NCBI GenBank assembly: GCA_964016885.1
Contig: OZ024740.1
Location: 372,434,001-372,498,000, forward strand
Reading direction: 5' to 3'
Length of the DNA: 64,000 bases
From: Eledone cirrhosa
Lineage: Eukaryota
The translations under genes and the position numbers were made by a program. Positions 58,442 through 64,000 of the stretch are shown one piece after another. Below the pieces are notes generated by a model, which saw only the letters and a list, made by a program, of their open reading frames with translations, did no database searches and had not been told where the DNA came from. Position 1 is the stretch's first letter. Every line of letters begins with the position of its first letter.

Positions 58442-58536
58442 ATCTATCTATCTCTAGGGAGAGATGGAGAGAAATCAATAGACATGCATATAGATATATA
58501 AGCTGGTCCGATTCTCTTCTACAAGCTCTGTAAAAC

Positions 58537-58571
<35 letters not shown>

Positions 58572-58779
58572 CGTTTCTGAATTTGTTTAGCAAGATTCTT
58601 TATCTGAAAACGTGTGTTGAAACCGATATTGTAATACTTTGAGAGGATCATGTTTTCAATAAGAAACACACGCACCAGCTGCTTTCACTTCAATTTATTA
58701 TAATAAATTTATAAATTTAGGAATTTATAAATTTCCGGTTGGTTGGTTGGTTCAACAACCAGATGATTATTTATATATT

Positions 58780-58822
58780 GTCAAAGTTCTTTCGTCATAC
58801 ATTCTGTGACCTCTTCAGTGAC
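58780..58822 (-). ncRNA. Minimal hammerhead-like motif in PLE pLTR
   Basis: GUCA-CUGAAGA-g-GUCAC..AUGAC-GAAA-GAAC-UU-UGAC. Confidence 0.5.
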
Positions 58823-59799
58823 TGGGGATTCTTTTCTTTATTTTTGTACCTCTCCTTTGTTCTGTCCTACGCCATCTTGTTTTTGTGTGTGTTGTGTGCT
58901 TAGTTTGCGCATGTGTTACATCCGGGTGTCTATATGTGTTTATATTTGTTTATTTATTTGTTTATTTACATGTTACTGGTTGGTTGTTTGTTCTATGTGC
59001 GTGTGTGTTTTCATTTTGTCCATAATTGTAAGTTGTGATGTTGCTGTTCCATTCATGTTTTCTATTTAATTTTGGTTGGAGTTCATTTATGTTTATTGCC
59101 TCTGTGATTTGTCTAAACATTGCGTCTTTTCTGTGTGTAGATTCTATTTTTATTTCTATGTTCTCTAATTTACCCTTATGTTCTATTTTAGCATGTTGGT
59201 AGAGCACAGAGATTCTTTACTATCTTGAAGGTCTCGCCAGTGTTCATTTATCCGTTCCCCTATCCTACGAGCTGTCTCACCTATGTACACTATATTCTTA
59301 TTTCTACATTGTCCTTCAGTACATCTTATGCCATATACTACATTTCTAGTTTTACAGTTAATATGGGGGCTTAATTTACAGATTATACATTTCTTATCTA
59401 TACAGGGAGGTCTTTGAAAATGGTATGTATTGCTAATAAGTGGTTTTATGGAGGTACCATGGTCTTTCTACTATCTTAATATTGAGTTTATGTTTATCTA
59501 GGCCCTTCTAAATTTGTAAGCTAATTCACCTCTAGGGGTTGTATCGATGAAAATTACACTTAAGTAGGAGTCCCAGCTCACTGGTATCAATCCCACAGAA
59601 TTCAACATTGCTCTCACTGATCATTTCTACGCCTTTCTCCACAGCAAAATCCACGTCAATAGATGGATACAGGGACACAACATCCATACTACCTATTATG
59701 CAGTTTGTTAGGTCCCTAGATCGGTTACTCTCGCCGATTCTGCTGAGGAGGTCCTCCGTGCTGTCACATATATCTGGGGACATTTCAATAGAATCCCCA

Positions 59800-59842
59800 G
59801 TCACTGAAGAGGTCACAGAATTTGTGACGAAATAACTTTGAC
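59800..59842 (+). ncRNA. Minimal hammerhead-like motif in the inverted pLTR
   Basis: GUCA-CUGAAGA-g-GUCACA gaauu UGUGAC-GAAA-UAAC-UU-UGAC. Confidence 0.5.
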
Positions 59843-60016
59843 AATATATAAACAATCATCTGGTTGTGGACCCAACCAACCAACCGGAAATTTATAAATT
59901 CCTAAATTTATAAATTTATTATAATAAATTGAAGTGAAAGCAGATGGTGTGTGTGTTTCTTATTAGCAACATGACCCTCCCAAAGTATAACAATATATAT
60001 ATATATATATATATAT

Positions 60017-60199
60017 GTAACGAAAGACGTGTGGTAAGGAAACCAGATGGACCATAACGCACCCGAGTACTCAATACTTAGGGTAGTAGAGTGGGTAATA
60101 GGAAACTGTTTAACCCCGACGGCAGGGCTCAAGCCGTTTCGACGGCTATTTCTGGACTCAGAAATAGTCGTCCAAACGGCTTGAGCCCTGCCGTCGGGG
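60017..60199 (-). mobile_element. PLE 3'-terminal fragment with a fold-back palindrome at 60114-60199
   Basis: Same family and same turnaround point as 8955-9161. Confidence 0.75.
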
Positions 60200-60528
60200 A
60201 AACGGCTTCTCCATTCTGTCCGCCGAGGCTGTAGGTGGGCCCCATCGCGTCCCATTACATTAATTAAATACCATTCTTTCATCTCATACATATATTCTAC
60301 ATGCTATTAGTTAGACAGAAACACCTATATGCTATCATTGTGATTAAGGAACCTTATTTAAGAAGAACCAAAATCAGTATTTTACAGAACTACATTTAAA
60401 ATTGAAAGTTTCTTAATAATATGAATACAATGTTAAAGATGAAGAACCTTTAACTCTTGTTGAATGCATTAGGGTGTTGTCCTGACACAGCATGTCTTAA
60501 AAGCTAGCGGAACCCATCCCTCTCCAGG

Positions 60529-60605
<77 letters not shown>

Positions 60606-60626
60606 ACCTGGAGAGGGATGGGTTCC

Positions 60627-62990
60627 GATTTTGGTTCTACTTAAATAAGGTTCCTTAATCACAATGATAGCATATGGGTGCTTCTGTCTAACTAATAGCA
60701 TGTAGAATATATGTATGAGATGAAAGAATGGTATTTAACTAATGTAATGGGACGCGATGGGGGCCCACCCACAGCCCCGGCGGACAGAATGGAGAAGGCG
60801 TTTCCCCGGAGGACGGCAAGGGAGACGCGCTGGAAAAGCCACTCCAACTCGCGGCGCTCACACCTACGGCTGGCCAGCTCAGCGCCTATGGTGGTGAATA
60901 AGGAGGTAGCCCTGGGGCCAAGGACACCAGAAGTTTCCACTGCCAGGGGATCGACCGCAAACCTGTCGGAGAGCGACCGGTATTTGAGGAGTTTGGCCCC
61001 CTCAGCCCGACGTGCTGCAGAACCTAGGTCAGTCGCAGACTGCACCAGGTTGCGGCTGCAGAATGTGTCGGTGCAAGTGTCATCCCAGACGAGGGGTTTG
61101 CCACCGCGGAACGGGAAGATGGTCATGCCATCTGGCCTTTTGCTGTCCCCTCGATCTAGCCCCACCGGCTCGAGCTGGGAAGGGAAGCCTGCAGCGTCCA
61201 AGCCATGTTGAATGACCTCGTTGAGAGCAGTATGACGTGGAATGCGGCCGGCACTGCGGAGACAGGAAAGCGGGTGGAGTCCGAAAGAGTTCACGATGGA
61301 ACCGCAGCGACATTGGTGTGGCTGACAGATCCGGAGGCCGAGTTTCAGTGAAACGCCGATTCGCAGGCTATGGTTATCTAGCTACGTGCCAGTGGAGAAG
61401 GAGGGCAGAGCATGGAGTCAGGCACCACTGTGGGGTTTGGAGGCCGCACGAAAACAAGCAAGGCGGTGCTGGTCGAGCTGGCGCGTGAGCCTGTCTGAGG
61501 CCAGGCTGCACTAGATGGCATCCCAAGTGCGTTGGGGGGACTTGACGTCAATAGGGGGAGAAGGGGGAGAGACGTCTACTGAGCTAAGTCCCAGCCGGTC
61601 CCACGTCTCACAGCCGGCCTCACGTTTCTGAACACAGAGGGTTCTGTTGTGTTTTGAAGAACTCTGCTTACGAGGACGCGTCACGAGGTTACCGACGAAA
61701 GATACGCCGCCAAAACTAGTGAGATCGGGGACCAGAGACCTAGGCCGCCATACCTGACCGGTAAAGTGGCCTGTTGCCACCCTATGTCGCCAAACTTGAC
61801 GTTGCATATCCCCTCGGCTGCTGCTCAGATACAAGTATCGAGGTCAGCGAGGAGAGATGTATGGGTGTAGCATGGAGCGCTGCGGAGTGTATAGAGGAGC
61901 TGCGGCATGGCGAAGCAGTTCCTCAGCAGGAAGAGAGCTGGGTGGATTTTAATCAAGCCCAGTCGGCTCGTGAGAGTCTGGAGCTGTTGAAGCCTGGACA
62001 TGATGGTGGAGGGGATGGCCGGCGGGTGGATTGGTCACCCGAGGATGGGGACATCCTCTTTGGGGGACACCTGAACCTGGCGTAGAATGGACCGCACATC
62101 CAAGACGGAGGCTGCAAAGCTCACAGCATCGAGGCTGACGTTCACCAAGTCCGACTTGGCCGAGTTGACCTGGAGGCCGATTCCCTCCAGAGCAGGAATC
62201 ACCGATTGAAGGTCTTGGCAGACTGTCCGTACGGGCCCGCCCAACGTAGCATCATGCAGATACCAAACGTTGAGAGGGGCCGTGATACTCCGGCGATGTA
62301 GTCAACACCAAGGGCGAACAGGAGGGTTCCCAAAGAGTCGCTCTGTTGGACCCCAGTAGCCGAGGGTATAACCGTATCAGCAGCTAGGAGCATGCCCGGG
62401 GATCCATATGACAGGTAGGCCAGCGGGTAGGCAGAGGGGGCTCGGCTGAGGCAGGCCTCGAGCAGATGATCCAGGCGTAAAGAGTTAAAGGCATTCATCA
62501 TGTCAAGCTTGATAATGAGGTGCCTGGAGTCCCTGGATGCCGGTACCGATGGGCAGCTGCTGAAGAACTGCCTGATTGCATGAGAGGCTCCCTCACAGGC
62601 ACCGGACACGCCGACATCCAGTTGCACCGGAATAAACTCCTCACCCAGTTCATGTGTGACGGACTTGCAGATCACCTTGGCAGCCAGCCTCCGGAAGATA
62701 TTGCCCACAGCAATGGGGCGTATGCCACCCTCTTTCTTCCTGAGAGCGGTGAGGCTGGCCGAAAAAAGAGGCCTCGGCGTAAGGGTCGAGGGCACCATGA
62801 ATAACCCTATTGGTGAGCGCCACAATTGCACTCAGAAGGCGGCGCCCGGCCTCAGCGGAGAGGGGGGATGTCAACTACTTGAGGTGGCCTGGTCGGAGAC
62901 CATCAACACCTCCGCAGCTGCTAGCTGGGAAGGACCTGATGGCGGACATATCTGCATCAGAACCCACAAGGAGCAGGTGGGGGTCGGGTG
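60627..62990 (-). mobile_element. CRE-like non-LTR retrotransposon (RT plus restriction-like endonuclease), frameshifted
   Basis: RT motifs LRKKEGGIRPIAVGNIFRRL, LDMMNAFNSL and GVQQSDSLG.LLF. RLE motifs H.LSC..GR..RH..LN, KRPDG, LVWD, AE..K..KY, AVETSG and QRVSLAVLRGNA. Confidence 0.88.
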
Positions 62991-64000
62991 GGGGTATGGG
63001 TCTGAGATCAGTGGGTGGCTCAGGGTGCACATATATACGGTTCTCTACATCCTGAGTTCAAATCCCTCCGATGTCTAATTAGCGAGTTCAGGTAAGTATA
63101 ATACCTCCGCGACTGTGGTTGATTTTGATTGTAGAGTCGGATACGATGGCCTGCTTTATCGGATATTGCTATGTGCATTCAAATTACGTCTACTTATGCC
63201 AAAAGGTGCGAGCGAGGCATGTTTTTCTGTGATCAGACCTCCTATCCTTACATTTCGTTTCCAAATATTCATTGTTTATATGTTGATTATGACACTGGAC
63301 TAAATTACCAATTTTACAAAGAAAGTATATGACATATTTCGTTATTGGCGTGGCTATAAAGCATATTACTGTCATGACAGTACCATATGAATTATAATGA
63401 AATCGCGTCCATTCAGAGAAACCAACACTTAATGTACTGGACAAAAAATCAGTAACTTATAGCTAGAAAGAGCATGCGAAATGCAACAATATATTTTGGG
63501 TTGAATTTGAATCAGTGGTATTTGATTCTGAATTGTTTGTAACAATTTATAAATCAATATACTTCATACGAAATAAGATATTAGAGATAGAATAATTTTA
63601 TTTCCATTTTCATTCAATTAAAATTATTTTCTATAAAATACTCATAAATGCTTGAAACCGCAACCTAATCTATTCTTCCCTGTTATCATTTGATAACAGA
63701 ACAAAACCTATTATTTATTAAACGTTTTGTTTAAGTTGTGTATTTGTCTCGACTTTAGAATCAAATATGTTTTATTATAGACGGAACCATATTAGCTTTG
63801 TCTAAATGTTTTCTATAGCACACGTAAAAGTGTATCCTAGAATTCACAAAGCAGAATTTTATTATAACAAATAAACAATGAATTTAAAATAAGGGTGTAT
63901 TATATATTATATAAGATAATGTCAGATGCGTAGTTGAATTATGTGGCAACTCTATAATTAAAAAAACATTAAATTACAAGAGATTGAGTGGAAAGCAACA

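Larger units (their letters stand above)
58569..59995 (-). mobile_element. Internally deleted PLE (RT fragment, GIY-YIG, pLTR) with an inverted pLTR copy at 59791-59995
   Basis: IIGSMDVVSLYPSIDV (RT motif) at about 59650-59700. The GIY-YIG region is homologous to 13250-13750. 59791-59995 is inverted relative to 58625-58832. TA repeats lie on both flanks. Confidence 0.85.

Overview
AT-rich, repeat-dense eukaryotic DNA. The SINE-like repeats, very long (TA)n/(CA)n arrays and the gene content suggest a coleoid cephalopod, probably Octopus (inference). The only host coding sequence I found is one 542-nt internal exon (50924-51465, minus strand) of an alpha-type nicotinic acetylcholine receptor subunit, so the rest is probably intronic. 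The window holds at least five Penelope-like retroelement (PLE) copies or fragments with minimal hammerhead ribozymes, a Tx1/L1-like LINE with a target-site duplication, RTE-like LINE fragments, a CRE-like RLE-type LINE, SINEs, a MITE and many fold-back inverted repeats. The most striking signal is a near-complete PLE (26891-31282; 737-aa RT plus GIY-YIG ORF between near-identical pseudo-LTRs). Its endonuclease region and 3' UTR (about 29560-30310) show dense, strand-specific A-to-G hypermutation, which looks like ADAR A-to-I hyper-editing of the element RNA written into the genome by reverse transcription. Most long ORFs in the supplied track are microsatellite translations.
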